A stretch of DNA of 63,603 nucleotides, filler included, from Hyphochytrium catenoides (taxonomy: Eukaryota; Protista; Hyphochytriomycota), in assembly GCA_900088475.1 (NCBI GenBank). It is 11 parts of 11 records of this genome, joined end to end, with 100 filler letters (N's around TTAATTAATTAA, not from the genome) between each part and the next. Parts side by side here need not be neighbours in the genome. Positions count along the whole stretch, not along the records: positions 24,724 to 46,752 come from FLMG01000442.1; positions 46,853 to 50,032 come from FLMG01003899.1; 9 more parts are not named here. One strand, written 5' to 3'. The translations under genes and the position numbers were made by a program. Below, in pieces: positions 37,164 through 48,730 of the stretch. The stretch's first letter is position 1, and each line of letters opens with the position of its first letter. The notes under the pieces were generated by a model. That model saw only the letters and a list, made by a program, of their open reading frames with translations, was not told the DNA's origin and ran no database searches.

Positions 37164-37759
37164 TCAGGGTCGGGAAGGCTCTGCGATAAGAGGTTGAAGA
37201 TACACTTCTACTCCCTTTGGCGGAGGGCTCTCTTGCATCTCAGAAAGTAATTTTTTTGTCTTGTCCATAGCAGAGATTGAGCAAACAAACACGACAACGA
37301 AGGCGAATAGCTCTCCGCAGACAAAGACCCATCGCCAGATGGAGTCATTCCAAGGTGAAGAGTTGGCTGCCTCCATCATCACCAATACTGCCGCTACCTG
37401 TGCAAAGACAACGGCGTAATTCGAATAGAAGTAGATCCGAATAAAGATCCACTTGGGTCTGACAATAGGTTCCCTGACAGCGATGAGTCCTAGTACTGCG
37501 CAGGTGAAGCCGAAAGCAGCCGCCCACCAGACGAGGAAGGTTAGAGGCAGGAAGATGACGTTCATACCCTGTGGAAGTAGTACAAAGAGAGAGCTTGTCA
37601 CCACCTTTATTATCGAGTTATTGGGCTGATTCAATCTCTTACCGCCTGCAAAAGGCATGCGTCAGACGCAGCTTTCTGGGAGCCATAGGAATGGTAATAC
37701 ATAGCTTGCTGTTCTGTTGAGCCGTTCTTCGCGAACGGAGGATCATCCTTACGAGGCAT
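37164..37759 (-). CDS. Small multi-pass (3-4 TM) membrane protein, 2 exons, orphan
   Basis: Exon 1 (37759-37643, 39 codons) is joined by a 74-nt phase-0 GT-AG intron to exon 2 (37568-37164), which has several hydrophobic helices. Confidence 0.7.
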
Positions 37760-38149
37760 GATGGACACTCCGCTAGGCCGCCACGTCTGGCCAACAGGCC
37801 CGAAGCGCAGAGTCAACTCGCCAAATGCGTCAGGCGCACCGAGGTAGGACGATCTCAGGCCAGTTGTCCCTCATGAGCCATGCATTGCAGCGTCTGCCTG
37901 ATAAGCTGTGAACAAAGAATGCCTGTTTCACTATACTCTTCTTGGCCCTATTACCTCGATAGCTTTGTTATGACCCTCTTCTCTTCTTCACCATCAAGCC
38001 GTGTCGCTCGATTGCATCTGTCAGCAGATTTTGCAGATCTTGCAGACCCTTTTTTGGTGACTCTATTGGAGGCGCGATGGAGATTGAAGATCTTGGCCAA
38101 TGAACAGGCATTGCGACGATTGGACTATTAGGAATAACCATGAATTATC

Positions 38150-40080
38150 TTCCGTATTCAGGCAACGTGAATGACCAATACATTTCACAGTCATGATGGT
38201 TTCCAAAATCAACCTCCAGGGTTTAAGGACACGGGGCTATGAATTCTTTCAACCATTCCTTTGAAGAACTGAAACTTTGCAAAACATCAGGATACAGAGT
38301 AGTTCCTATACTGTATCTGGAAGACAAAAAGGCTTCCAAGCGCGGAGACTAGGAGAGACCAGGCTACAGTAATCAGTAACAGAGGTTACACAACCAGAAG
38401 CCATACAGTACAACAGCGATAAGGACAGAAAGGGTTACGCATGTCTTGACATTCTGATTCATTCTTCTCCTTCTTCAGCTGCGTTATTAGTATCGGTGAA
38501 GCTTTATCAGAACTCAGCAGCGCTCGGATACTATTTCCGCTTTCGCATTCTAATTAGCTTTAGAACTCAATAACAGTACCGCTTACGAAATCCTCCTAGT
38601 CTCGAAAACCCATTCCGAAGCGCTTCGGATATGTATTTCGAGGACGGTTCTTCTGGTTTTTGGAGACATTTGCAAGTTCGCAATGCGCTGCTTGTCCGCG
38701 GCCGCCTTCGCTTTCTCTGTGTCTATTTACTACGGTCAATCCACGGTGGTCAGCAGATGCCCAAGATTCGGTCTTGCAGCCTGCATCACTTTATTTTTTC
38801 CACTAAATAACTTGTCATCCACCGTCTTTGCGGTGTTCATTTCATGAAGGCGAGCGTGATTGCTGTCCAGCCGCTGTTCTGTACAATGTAGGGATTAGCC
38901 GCTTGTTTGAGACATTAGAGCTTTTTCTGAAGCTCTTACGTCTTCGTTATGTAAAGCAGTTTGTCAGTCTGAGATCGGGAAAGGTTTCCATTGTACTGTG
39001 CATGGCGTACAAAAAAGAAGAACACTTCTCTATTATTGGACTCTGTTTGTTGGTGTAAGCGCCTTAACCTCATCCTTACTACCCTTGTTCTTGGTCATCA
39101 ACGAGTCATGACGCTTATGTGACTCATGATTTCTTTTCGTTCAAAGCCAAATAACATCGAATAGCAGCATCCCGACAGCATGCACCGGTTCCCACTCAGC
39201 ATACCCATTCCTCAAGACGTGCTGCGAGGAGCCAGCATACTCTACTGGATGAGGCAAAGTGGACACGTTAGGCTTCAAAATGAAGATCTTGAAGAAGCTG
39301 CGGAGTTCGTAGCGCATTTCATTGCAGCTGGCAACGGAACAACTAAGCGGAAAGTGGTGAGGTGTTGAGCAGTACACCAATAGTTTAAGGACCCCAAGGG
39401 CGCAGTGCCATTTGATCATGATTAACTAAAGGGGAGAAGGCATATATGTGGGAAAGACTCTTGATGTATCCCACTTGACAATCCCTCTTACGACTAACTG
39501 GGTTGCCCGATGTTTGTGCTGATACATTTGGGACCTGCAAACTCCGGGCAATGCTATCTCTATTACTGCATAAAACTTTTAGGAAAAGGAAGAAGGTGAC
39601 AGCCAAGAGCAACCTGAAGTTGAAGGGGAGCCTTCATCTGAAGACTCAGAAACTAGCAGTAGAGAAGAGGGGGAAGGGAGCATCACGGAGCCAGACAGAA
39701 GCACGCATGCAAACCTCAAAGGTACTTGATGCATTGCGCACCGTGAGGAAGGTCGTGGATTATCCCACTAGCCAGACCTCTCCCATAATTAGGAAAAAAG
39801 CCGCGGACGAAACGCGATATGACTTTGCGCGAACTGCTCAATGAGGAAGAGCATTATGTTGATTCAGGTTCTGACCACGAAATCCCAATTTTTTGTAAAA
39901 TGACTTGGTTGTCTCAATGAAGGACCATTTTTGCAGACGACGATGATGGCAATTTGGGGGAAGTGAGAAGCGAAGTTGACGATGACGAAGACTACCAACC
40001 CACGGAAAGCAGGTCCGTGCTCAGCGACCTAACAAACAAGCTTTATAAGAAGCGTGGCCTTCCCTATAAAAGGTAGACTA
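38150..40080 (+). pseudogene. Heavily decayed DNA-transposon (pogo-like DDE) relic
   Basis: Only scattered fragments in shifting frames are visible: ERVTHVL, SSGFW, SHDAYVTHDF..NNI, then a basic and an acidic tail. Motif support is weak. Confidence 0.3.
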
Positions 40081-40561
40081 TGGGAAGACCATTTAAAGAG
40101 GAAGCTGGCTCAGCACTTTGCTCTGTCGTAGTCCTTCTCACGCCTTTCGTGAACTGAGGGCTGAGCTGGTCTCCGGTCGGGGGCTACTGTTCCCAGACTT
40201 ATTCACGCATAGTGTTCCGTCCCCTCATCTCGTTCTCTCAATTGCAGTGCCCCGCCCTCGCGCCCACTTCTGCTACCCCACTATAATCAAGGCCGTTGGA
40301 GTTCTGACGAGCAGCGAAGGTTCAGGCAAGAGGTCGACCGGCAGATGGCGCTGGGATCGCGTATGGACTGGCTCAGCGTTCAGATGGCTGTGGGAACACG
40401 GTCCTACCAGCAAGTGCGCTCACATGGGAACAACCTCCTATCCCGGCAAAGACGGTCTTTTGTAGGACTCCACCGGGCTCCAGGACAGAGTATCCGATAA
40501 AACAAACTTCTATAGAGATAACAGAAGATAGCTTCTTTTAGCCATTTAGAGTGGTAAGTGT

Positions 40562-41554
40562 TTACTGGCCTTCCTGAAGAGCATCTGACGCTAACAACAC
40601 GGCAGACACTAATCCAGGGTCTTCGTAGACTGACTTCTTAATTAGCTGTTCTACCTTAGGATGAGCGCAATAACCGTTATTTATCTCAAGGAATGCCTTG
40701 CGCACCTTTCCATACAAGCACGTTCGCTTCAATATTCCTCCGCCTAAGACAATCACCTGTGGTGACACTGTCACCACCAGGTTATAGCATAGCATGGCTA
40801 GATAGTACGCAGTGATATCCCACACCTACAGAGAGGAAGGAGCAAACAAAAGGATAAGGTAGAGTCCACTTAGCAGTCGTTCACTTAAGAAACTTACCTC
40901 GTCGTCATCCGTGACATTCAGGAGCTGGGATCTTTCTATGCCTTTCCGTGCAGCAATGGCTCCAGACGCCGCCATCCCTTCTAGACAAAAGCCGTGGTAC
41001 GGGCAGAGGCCTTTGAAACCCTTCTCGGAATCCCGCTCGTGGCGGGCCACAATAGCATGTCCGGCCTCAGGGTGCATGAAGCCATGGACAGGCTTGCCAT
41101 CGACAACCACCCCAACGCCGATGCCAGTCCCTACAGTGACATAACAAACTGAGGACACATCATCACCATGTTGTCCCATCCTAGCCTCCAGATACGCTGG
41201 CGCGTTGACATCTGTCTCAAACCCAAGGCTTACGCCTGGAAAAGCAGCAGCCACCTTGCCGACAATGTCAGTATGCTGCCACCCTGGTTTAGGGGTGGTA
41301 GTGATGTAGCCGTAATTACTACTGTTCTTGTTGAGATCGACAGGTCCGAAGCACGCAACACCAAGAGATACAATGGCGCGGCCCTGCTCAGCTTCCTTGG
41401 CCTTGAGCCACTCTATGCAGCGGCCAATAGTCTCGTCAGGAGTTGTGGTAGGAACGGATTGCCGGTCTAGTATATGGGACGGACTATCCGCAATAGCAAC
41501 CACGAAAGTGGTGCCGCCACCTTCAATAGCAGCAAGTAATGACTTCGGGCTCAT
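40562..41554 (-). CDS. ROK-family fructokinase (bacterial ScrK/YdhR type), 306 aa, 1 intron
   Basis: Motifs AIEGGGTTF, ETDVNAPA, YVTVGTGIGVG, Zn-site HPEAGH...CPYHGFCLEGMASG and VIVLGGG. A 72-nt phase-0 GT-AG intron lies at 40897-40826. Confidence 0.94.
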
Positions 41555-42016
41555 ACTACCAAAGATAAAGCTTCACCGGGCGCACTTGCACTGAAAGCAA
41601 GAGATTGGAAGATGAGTGAACTTGTAGAGGATTGTGACGATGGCTACGAGTTCCATCATATGCAATGTACGCATTTGGGAGTGCACATTTGACATGGTTG
41701 CAAATCTGTTTTCAATGCTGCGTTTGCTGATTCCAAGGTTTACAAAGGTTGTTCTGTCTCCGCATAAGCTGAGGAAGCAATGGGTTCCTAGCACTAAATG
41801 TGTACATTCTGACTTGATTACCAGCAGTTTGCAAGGCTTCTTTTCCCGGTTCCCATGGTTCACAGAGCAAAGGGGAGTACAGTACTGTAGTAGTGAATGA
41901 GAGCTTTGGTAGCTGAGCGTTTGGACCCAAAAAGAAGAAAGGTTTGGGGATCTCCATTTTAGTAATCTTTGTTTGGAAGCGATTTGATCTTCAATCTTCA
42001 ACTGCAGCGGTGCCGT

Positions 42017-42715
42017 CTAGCGTTGCAGTTGAAGGAATGTCTGGAGCTTCTGCTGAAGATCTTTCTTTCTCTGCGATCCGCCAAGTCTGCTGTTATCCTC
42101 AGGAGCGATGATCTTTAGGTTGTCTATAGATAAGATCTGTTCGATGGTTGCCGACGGAGGAGAATCCCAAAGGCTGCTGACAGGGATGTCATGTTCGAGG
42201 TTCCATTTGGTGCCGTAGTTCTTTGGTGAGAACTCTTTGTGGTTGCTGAGGAGATGTGAGAGCTTGGCGATGAAGGCATCTTTGGGAGCAATGGCTCAGA
42301 GCTCTGACAGTTGGAGAGTGATACCCTGCCGAGAGCAGCGGTCCTTGGTAGTGGTGAACCAGTTGTTCCACATCTTAGTAAGCAGACGTTGTTCATCATA
42401 AGGCTTTGTGCGCCTTAATCCGCCGCAGCTTTGATCACAGGTGAGGCGTGAGCATGTCTGTAAAATCAGCTCTCTCTTTGCTGACGACTCAATGCGAGCA
42501 GTGATGAAACGATCTGTGACTTGAGAGGCACATTGCTGTGATCTGTGGCTATAGAGGCCATGCTTTGTTTGAAGTTGCGTGATCTATAGTGTGAGCGCAG
42601 ACGATGCATGTAGGTGTTGATGAGCACTCAGGATGTGTCCAGATGGTGATGTCACCTGACTTGTTTGCAAGCATTAGGGCTTTGGAGCCAGTTCGAGAGC
42701 AGACAGCGCAGAAGG
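42017..42715 (-). pseudogene. Zn-finger + HNH-type endonuclease, disrupted (this frame is absent from the ORF track)
   Basis: Manual translation gives an N-terminal CAVC...HPEC...CIVC cluster and C-terminal FSPKNYGTKWNLEHDIPVS...SIDNLKIIAPEDNSRLG. There is an internal TGA at 42298-42296 and further breaks upstream. Confidence 0.65.
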
Positions 42716-42767
42716 CTTAAATGTCCTGCTGGCAGGTATCGGATTTGTCACAAGAGTGGTTGCAAGG

Positions 42768-44870
42768 TTAGTAGTATCCATGAGGAACGGATTCGTTCAA
42801 TGAGAGCCAAACCGACTTCCGATCTAGCATTGTAAGTGTCTTACTTTGGTAAATTGTTTGAATGTACGTTCCTGATTTGCCATCCTTGCCGTATTGCTTC
42901 TTGAAGGTCATGTTCTCTACTGCTAGCTGGCTGAGCTCATTCAAGGTTAGTCTGAACTGTTCGTGGTTGAGCTTAAGAACTGCAGCCTTACTGGCTCCTT
43001 TTGCCTTGATGACTGCAGAGCTGTTATCTGCCGGGAGTCCGCTTCGCAATTTTGAAGCTAGACATATCATCTATATTAGATCGGCCTCTAGCTTAAATTT
43101 ACCTGGCGTGACATCACCTTTGGCAGCAATAAAACGGTCTCTTAGCTCCTGAGGGAACTTCTGGACGAATGCATCGTAAGTGGGGCTATCTACTCTGAAG
43201 TACACGCCATCCGTGTCACAGTATAAGAGCTCAAGTTCTTGCTGTGTATAGGTCTTCCAGAGGCAGTTGTAGATGAAGTCGATAAGAAGAACCTTACTGC
43301 TCCAGAGAATAGCAAGCCCGAGATATCTCGCCGTCTTCACCTTGGCAGGAGCTCGGCAGCTTACAAGGATAGTGTTCCTGGAGAGCTGCTTCGCGTCCAC
43401 TAACTGCTTACCCTGGACCTTCTTGAGGTAATCGTTGTGATTGCTCACTATGAACTCGCGAGTGTAATTACTCTCATCTTGTAAGGTCTTTCCGTATAAA
43501 TTTGTGAGCATCGCCTCAAAATAGCTCTTCTGTGTCTCGCTCACTGCTAGGATGGCTTCAGTGTTTGCCTCCATGGCTTTGTAAATAGAATTCTCTGCCT
43601 GCTGTCGCTTGCTGGCATAGTTCTTGACGTACTTGTCATACACCATGGCGAACTTCATAGGTATGACTTTCTTGACCTTGGCTACAGAGAAACCATGTTA
43701 TTGCTAAGTAGGTACAGCAATACGTAGCTTGGGATTACGTTATCAGGGTTGTCCTCGAAACTGAGAAGATTGAGCATGGCAGGGGAGTTATTTGCTTTGT
43801 TGCAGCTTTCTTGACTCGAATTCCAAAGGCACCAAGATTATCTGGCGGGACTTCTCTGGTTGGAAGGACTGGTAGGTGCTTGAGTGCGTCCTGTTGCTCG
43901 TCATTGTAATAGAGGTCACATTCCACAAGACATCTAAGGATACCGTCTTCGGTAGGTGTTGAGGTTCTCGACGAGGCCTTTGGTGTCGCCATAGAGCAGA
44001 GCTTGGATCAGCTCTTTGGTCTTTGAAAGCTTACTAACGATCATAAGTCTATTTTGGAAGGCTTGGCACTCTGAAGGTTCGTCTCTGATCTCAAACTTGC
44101 ACTTACCATCTGTATCGCTGTCAATGACCAATAGAGGTCTCCCCATCACAAAAGGATAGAGTGAGTTGCAATCCATTCCGACAATTTTCTTCGATGGGGT
44201 TGCCTCAGCCTTATGTTGGAATACTTGGCAGATCCCTCCAAAGATGGACCGATTGAAGAGGTCGTAGGCAGTTTGATTGGGGATCGTGTGCAGGGTTGTC
44301 TTCAGGTATGAACGTTTGAATATATTTTCTGCTAGCTGCGACTGGGTAACATAGAACAATGGCTCCATTCCCCCTGTGTCCTTGTAGACTGTGGCTCTGT
44401 AGTTCTTGGTTGCTTGACGGAGGAGCTCTACGTCTTGTCTACAATACTCCTCAGAAAAATTCTTCATACTGGGCTTCTTGAGGCCAGTCCAGAGCTTTCG
44501 TGCTTCTGCTTCGGTCTCCTGACCGCTCCATATGCCTGTTGGGAACGTTGTCTCGAGGTACTGGCTCGGATGTTTGATGTAATCATAGTTGTATGGAAAC
44601 TTCTTACCCGTGACGCCGTTTCTACTTGCGAAGCCCTCAAGATTGCCTCCACCATGACGGTACATGTCAAGAAAGACGTAGGTAATGCTCTTTTTTAGCA
44701 CTGGCACATACACTGACCAACACAGCTCTAGAATGTTAGATGAGTGAACAAGCACTCTGTCCACCTTCTTCTCTAGCGTTCAAGAGAAAGGTCATCTCGT
44801 ACTTCCCACTATTGTAGCCCACAACAGGTATTCTTATAGCAGAGAGCTCATTCTTGAGCTGTCTTGTGTA
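42768..44870 (-). pseudogene. Protein-primed family B DNA polymerase (Polinton/Maverick/PLV type), disrupted
   Basis: Motifs in order: ExoII IPVVGYNSGKYE, FLDMYR, KKFPYNYDY, ExoIII YCRQDVELL, SIFGG, motif A DCNSLYP, motif B LTNLYGKT, motif C YCDTDG, GKFKLE and KAKG. It is intronless, with about three frameshifts and an in-frame TAG at 43073-43071. Confidence 0.92.
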
Positions 44871-46497
44871 AGCGTTGTGTTTCAAGCTTTGATGGTGGCG
44901 AAGACAAGAGCGCAAGTGATGTGAGAATGAGGTACAGTCAGCTGAGAGCAACAGTCATTCGTATTTATTATCAAGTTGGCGCTATTTTTAAACATATGTC
45001 TTCCCTTAGGTATAAGTCACCAGCAGCGACTCCAGCCAACTCGGATTCTAATTATCTCAACACGGCCAATCAATCATGTTAGCCTCGCCGCCACCTACCC
45101 ATCTGCCTTCCTTAGCTGATCAAGGGATAGATGATCAATGTTTCTTCATTCAGCACTTGATTAGATCCTTTCAATCAGGTGAAAGTGTTATGACGCACTT
45201 CGATACGAGTCTGGCGGATATCAGGGACGTCATTGTCGATCTCTTGACTGGAGTGATGACAAGCTATAATGGACCTTTCAGCTGTGTAATGGCTGTTCAC
45301 CACCCTACCTAGTGCTGGGCTTCTTCTTGAAACGATCCCATTCTATTTGGAACATGACGTCGACATTCATAGCATGCTCAATTGGGTCGCTCGAGTCCTG
45401 CTTCCTTGTCCTACAAGTACAGCCGCGAGTTACAAGGTTGAGCTCTTGGTAGCACCTTGTAGTACCAGATTCTGAAGCTGGACTACCCTGATTGAGGCGA
45501 CTTCAAGGTCTAAGCTTTACTCTAACATCGTGAACCTTATTTTTTTCTTCTGGTAAGCACAAGTCAGTAAGCTCACGTACAAGTCTTGTCAAGCAAAAGG
45601 GCCAACGGATTGCTTATTAGTAGACAAGCAACATTACCTGTTAGTGAAGATTGGCTGCTCTCCGTCAGCTTCATACGTTTATTGAACGAAGAGTTTGCCC
45701 ATTGATGAAGTGATACTTTCGGTCAGTGAGTTTGTTGATTTAGCATTCCTTCTGCTGCAGCAGCCGGGCTTCCCATTCTGTTGCTCACATAGTGCGTATG
45801 AGCTGTATGAGGCAATTCCCCTCTGGAGAGAGAATTCTACGCGCTACTCGTACATACATCAGGTACCGCAGATCGTCAGCCCAAGCCTTGGTTCTTTTGT
45901 CGGGCTCCTTACAGAAGAAGACGCCGTGCTTCATCGCCGCCATTGAAGTGCTTTACAAGTATAGGAAGGTATAAGTTTCATAATTCAATCTTATGTTAGG
46001 TGTTAGTGTTCCTACTACGTAGTAACTACAGAGGCTCAGAACGAAACGTAATCGAGGTAGTCGACCCAAGTCAGAGACCCGTCCAGGGACCACGTNNNNN
46101 NNNNNNNNNNNNNNNNNNACCCCGCGGATAACTGCCCGGTTTCTGCCATGATACGTGGCCAGTAGTGAACTCCTTCTTTCCACTTCAATTTCGCCGTTCC
46201 ATACGACCATAAGGCCCCAATAAATCGTCCTCGGGAGGAGACTTCCCACTCAAGCTTGAACTGCAAGAGAGGGTAATTAAGTTCGGATACCAGAAGGAGC
46301 CATGCCTTCGCGGGACGCCATTCAGTCGTGAGCTGAATTTTTATCTTCTCTCGACGTAGAGGAGCTTCGTCCTGGTTGAAACTCTCCAACGAAAAGCTTG
46401 CCACCAGACTGGTTGAAGCCGGAGTCGATGGAGTGACGTCGGCGGACGCTGGCCTTCAAGAAATTGGCGTCGTGAAGCTTGCCCTGCGTAATATTAC

Positions 46498-46752
46498 AGG
46501 GCATCCAACAGCAGATCAGGCTGGGCCAGAAGCTCTAAATCGGGGAGCTACAGAACGCTCCGTGAGAGAAGCCTGCCAACCCGGGGGCATTATATCTAAC
46601 CGCCGCGAATTTCGTTGAGGAGCTGGTGGCGGCATGCATTGATCTGGTTATATACAATTCCCCCCGGTTGGCAGGCTTGTCTCAAGGAGCGTTCTGTAGC
46701 TCCCCGATTTAGAGCTTCTGGCCCAGCCTGATCTGCAGTTGTTGGATGTCCT
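46498..46752. repeat. Long inverted repeat/fold-back hairpin: ~105-bp arms, 44-nt loop
   Basis: 46498-46601 is reverse-complementary to 46646-46752. It has a 51-bp perfect core (46511-46561), about 7 single mismatches and one 3-nt indel. The right arm reaches the contig end. Confidence 0.95.
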
Positions 46753-46852
46753 NNNNNNNNNNNNNNNNNNNNNNNNNNNNNNNNNNNNNNNNNNNNTTAA
46801 TTAATTAANNNNNNNNNNNNNNNNNNNNNNNNNNNNNNNNNNNNNNNNNNNN

Positions 46853-46887
<35 letters not shown>

Positions 46888-47136
46888 GGAGCTCCCAGTA
46901 AGGCCTTGCTGCGAAAGACAGCGACGAGCGCGAGCACGGAGAGAGAGCAGAGAGAGACATACAGAAAAGAGAAATTACCGTCTAAGTAGGAAAAGGAGCA
47001 CGAGGAGCAGGAGGGTCTTGCCCACCCAAACAGACAGCCATCTTTTCAAAGGCAGAAGAGAGAAAGAGCAAGTGAAAGGAGAGAGTGACCCAAAGATTAG
47101 ATAGGGAGAAAGAGCGGAAAGAGACAAAAAGGAAGA

Positions 47137-47834
47137 ATGGATGTTGACATCTCAGTATTAGAAGGCTGGCTCCTGAAAGAGAAATCGTCGGCCTCTCTCC
47201 TCTCCGGACTGACTGGATCCACAAACAGACGCTGGTTTAAGGTCAGAAGCTCCCAACCAGGAGGAGAGAGAGAGAGAGAGGGAGAGAAAGAGAGAGATGG
47301 CTCTGGAAATAAGGCGGATCTGAGTACAATGACTCTCTGCTATTATAAGAACAGGTAAGTCTTTCGAGACTGCGGAAAAGTAGCAAGACAGAGGCAGAGG
47401 CGCAGAGAGGGAGTTGAGAGAGAGAGAGAGAGAGACACCGAGAAAGAGAGATCAGGGAAGAGGTTCAGAGAGAGAGAGAGAGAGACAGAGAGAGAGAGAG
47501 ACAGAGGGAGAGATATGGAAAAGGCGGAAGACAATCGCGGTGAGGGAGAGGATGGAGACGATTGGCTGAGGGATCAAAAGAAAAACAAATGAGAGAGATC
47601 AGTTCTATGGAAAGAGAAAAATGGGAAGGAGAGGGGTAGGAAGGAGGAAAGAAGACAGTTAGAGAGAGAGAGAGAGGGGACACCCGTATAGGCAGAAAGG
47701 ATGCGCATCATTGAGAAAGAGAGAGGCGGCGGAAGAGAGAGAGAGAGAAACGCAGAGAGTCAACGAGAAGGAAGCGAAGGGTTGAGGGGAATGCACCTGT
47801 GCTAAGAGAGATAACAAGAGAGTGAGAGAGAGAG

Positions 47835-47877
<43 letters not shown>

Positions 47878-48198
47878 AGAATGCATACAAGAGGAAGATG
47901 TTGCCTCTCACTGTCTTCTCTTAGTGAGGACCGAGACCCAAGCGGCTGGATATTCTTCAATGACATCACAGATCTCAGATTCGGGAGCGAAGATGTGAGA
48001 GACATTCCTCCCTCTTTCTCTCTCTTTCCTTTAATTTCTTGTCTCTAGTCTCTTTCTCTCTCCACATCCCACTTTTTGTCTTTCCTTTCTCTCCCTCTCT
48101 TTTCCCCTCTTTCTCTCGTCCTCGTCCTCACAAGGTGAAATAAGAGAAGTGGAAATTGCCAAACCCATAACTCTTCTCTTTCTTTCTCTCTCTCTCCC

Positions 48199-48232
<34 letters not shown>

Positions 48233-48352
48233 NNNNNNNNNNCCCTGCACTTGCGGACGAAGACAAAGGCAGAGCATCAGCTCTGGAGAGAAGGGCTCAC
48301 AAAGCTCTGGGAGCATTGCAAAGAGCCAGGAGAGAATGGCCCTCGGACATAG
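47137..48352 (+). CDS. Small PH-domain protein, multi-exon
   Basis: LEGWLLKEK...NRRWFKV...TLCYYKN / EDRDPSGWIFFNDITDL / LHLRTKTKAEHQLWREGL, including the conserved C-terminal helix Trp. One exon is partly hidden by an N gap. Confidence 0.85.
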
Positions 48353-48510
48353 AGCACTTTACTCTTATCTTCTCTTTCTCTCTCTCTCTTCCTCTCCCTC
48401 CTGCCTTTCCGAGTCTTCGGTTCTCTCTCTTTCTCTTTCTACCGTTCTCTCTCTCTCTCTTGTTTCACTTACCTGATTAGTCTCGGGGCGTATAGACTCC
48501 ACGTCAAACA

Positions 48511-48730
48511 CCTAATCAACAGAAAGACTCTCTCTTTTTGCCTCAGCAATGGGTACGGACCGTCGTCTCTCTCTCTCTCTCTTTCCATCTGCCTGGAATC
48601 GACGTCTCTCCACCTAATAAAATCAAAGACTCTCTCTCTTTTTGCCTCAACAATGAGTACGGGACCGTCGTCTCTCCCTCTCTCTCTGTCTGCCTCATTA
48701 CTCTCTTTCCTGAAATCGACGTCTCTCTCT
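48511..48730. repeat. Imperfect tandem duplication of a ~100-120-bp unit
   Basis: ctaat...aaagactctctctttttgcctca.caatg.gtacgg.accgtcgtctctc...aatcgacgtctctc occurs twice. Confidence 0.8.

Larger units (their letters stand above)
41570..46000 (-). mobile_element. Decayed endogenous Polinton-like/viral element (boundaries uncertain)
   Basis: Co-oriented, intronless, microsatellite-free broken ORFs around the pPolB and HNH genes. No capsid, packaging ATPase, integrase or TIR was recognised. Confidence 0.65.

Noticed and set aside
40562-41554. Bacterial contamination
   Set aside because: The gene has a canonical spliceosomal intron and shares a contig with eukaryotic genes.
42768-44870. Active polymerase using an alternative genetic code or stop readthrough
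   Set aside because: Frameshifts accompany the stops and the motif B Lys appears lost (FEAMLTNLYGK), consistent with decay. Host genes use TAA, TAG and TGA as normal stops.
46020-46500. rRNA or structured RNA gene
   Set aside because: No conserved rRNA or tRNA signature was recognised. No tRNA, rRNA or CRISPR array was found anywhere in the window.
26138-46752. Functional cluster or defence system linking cyclase, ROK kinase, TM protein and HNH/PolB
   Set aside because: The cyclase is an intron-rich host gene separated from the others by transposon debris. Nothing beyond proximity suggests co-function.
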